The position numbers and the translations under genes are program-made. From contig JBDKTL010000021.1 in NCBI GenBank assembly GCA_039698055.1, positions 66,837 to 130,836 of the forward strand: 64,000 nt of DNA, given 5' to 3'. Positions 62,995 through 64,000 of the stretch are shown in pieces. This DNA is from Methanoregula sp. GTDB taxonomy: Archaea > Halobacteriota > Methanomicrobia > Methanomicrobiales > Methanospirillaceae. Numbering within the stretch: position 1 is the stretch's first letter; every line of letters begins with the position of its first letter. Under the pieces are notes generated by a model. That model saw only the letters and a program-made list of their open reading frames with translations. It searched no databases and was not told the DNA's origin.

Positions 62995-63204
62995 TTGTTT
63001 TTACCTCCATTTTTTCGATACGCTCCGCTCGACAAATGAGAAGTCGAAGTATGAACGAGATTGTTCTCACGCCACCGGGCGTTTTTTCGGGGTCTCACTG
63101 GATGTGACTGGGAATAGGTGAGACCCCCGGAATACCGTTGCGGTATTCACACACCGTATTCAGTGAACTGGTGATATATGATTTCTGTCCACATCCTCGA
63201 ACTG
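62918..63204 (-). repeat. Promoter + 5' leader + signal-peptide module, copy 2
   Basis: Aligns with 58948-59227. Confidence 0.92.
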
Positions 63205-63228
63205 CCAGTTCGATAATTGGGACAGAAA
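63182..63228. promoter_or_regulatory. 47-bp palindromic divergent control region
   Basis: tttctgtcc-N6-tcgaactg-c-cagttcga-N6-ggacagaaa, centred on 63205. Confidence 0.75.
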
Positions 63229-63261
63229 AAATAAGCAATGTTTCCCGAAAACCCACTCTTT

Positions 63262-63708
63262 ATGTCCAAAAGACTGGGAATTGTTGCGGTGATGCTTCTA
63301 TTGATTGCATCTGTCGCAGTAGTATCGGCAAGTGAACAGAATCCTGTTGTTAGCAATGGTGGCTATATTGTCGAACCGGTGCAGAATGCCGGTATAAACC
63401 CCATGAGTATCCAATCAATCTATGCCACTATCACTCAGGGTACGACGAACTGGCACACAAAAACTGTGTCTTCCTACATCACTTCTTTGAATGTGGACCT
63501 GAACTGGGGGAATTCTGGCAATTCGCTCCGGTTGAAAATATATTCCCCGGATGGATATACGTTCGGTCCCTATTATGATAGTTTTGATGGCGTTAATGAT
63601 GGACGTATCAACCTGAATATTATCAACAGCAACGGTATTGCCCAAGGTACCTGGTACTATGAGGTATACGGTTACCGCGTAACGGGAACACAAACTTATT
63701 CCATCTGA
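63262..63708 (+). CDS. Secreted pre-peptidase C-terminal (PPC)-like domain protein
   Basis: Signal peptide; ITQGTTNWH, VDLNWG..NSLRLKIYSPDG, YYDSFDGVNDGRI, GTWYYEVYG. Confidence 0.8.
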   Translation: MSKRLGIVAVMLLLIASVAVVSASEQNPVVSNGGYIVEPVQNAGINPMSIQSIYATITQGTTNWHTKTVSSYITSLNVDLNWGNSGNSLRLKIYSPDGYTFGPYYDSFDGVNDGRINLNIINSNGIAQGTWYYEVYGYRVTGTQTYSI

Positions 63709-63726
63709 ATTGCGATGTACGGTTGA

Positions 63727-64000
63727 ATGAAAAATTCATTAATTGCCTTCTTTTTTTTGCTAATATTTTCAACCAATATCGCAGCAGTCCAAGGAGGCTA
63801 TTCCGTTGAACCATATTCACCCCAGAACGGGCCTTCTGATACCCTCGGTGCCGACAGCACAATCTTTTTTTTGGAACTCCCGCTCTGGATCCAGATCACA
63901 TGGAGCATATGTTTTCTCATTGCAATCTTCGGTGCGATCAAATTCAGCCCTCTTGTTTTTGGGAAAGTCAAGACCATCCTCCAAAACAAAAACCGTACTC
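63727..64000 (+). CDS. Probable membrane-anchored winged-helix regulator, N-terminal part (runs off window; absent from ORF track)
   Basis: MKNSLIAFFFLLIFSTNIAAVQGGYSVEPY...ELPLWIQITWSICFLIAIFGAIKFSPLVFGKVKTILQNKNRT; signal, short ectodomain, TM, then L.N.NR; the HTH itself lies outside the window. Confidence 0.6.
   Translation, partial: MKNSLIAFFFLLIFSTNIAAVQGGYSVEPYSPQNGPSDTLGADSTIFFLELPLWIQITWSICFLIAIFGAIKFSPLVFGKVKTILQNKNRT

Overview
Archaeal chromosome segment, most likely a Methanomicrobiales methanogen (Methanoregula-like). This rests on the archaeal-type ThiC family gene, riboflavin reductase, ablAB, archaeal MetRS, GGTGA/GGAGG ribosome sites and oligo-T terminators. 1-41 kb is mostly housekeeping and transport, with a dense ion/pH/osmotic cluster: CopA, three cation:proton antiporters, Kup, a P-type H+-ATPase, a GadC-like permease, MscS, MscL, ablAB plus a second KamA paralog. 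tRNA-Phe lies at 39.2 kb. 41.1-53.4 kb is a defence island. It opens with three ~200-bp-spaced GGTACC-rich palindromic repeats and a Type IIG R-M gene with an AT-rich TRD. The ~200-bp 3' end of that gene then recurs five more times, increasingly decayed, between TA/nuclease/HEPN cargo genes, giving an integron-like cassette array with no integrase in the window. After metG, 56.3-64 kb holds secreted-protein cassettes. Two unrelated secreted proteins share a near-identical promoter, structured 5' leader and signal peptide. A common operator-like motif also forms a large palindrome in the divergent promoter of a secreted PPC-domain protein and a probable membrane-anchored regulator. All functional calls are from motif recognition by eye; no searches were run.
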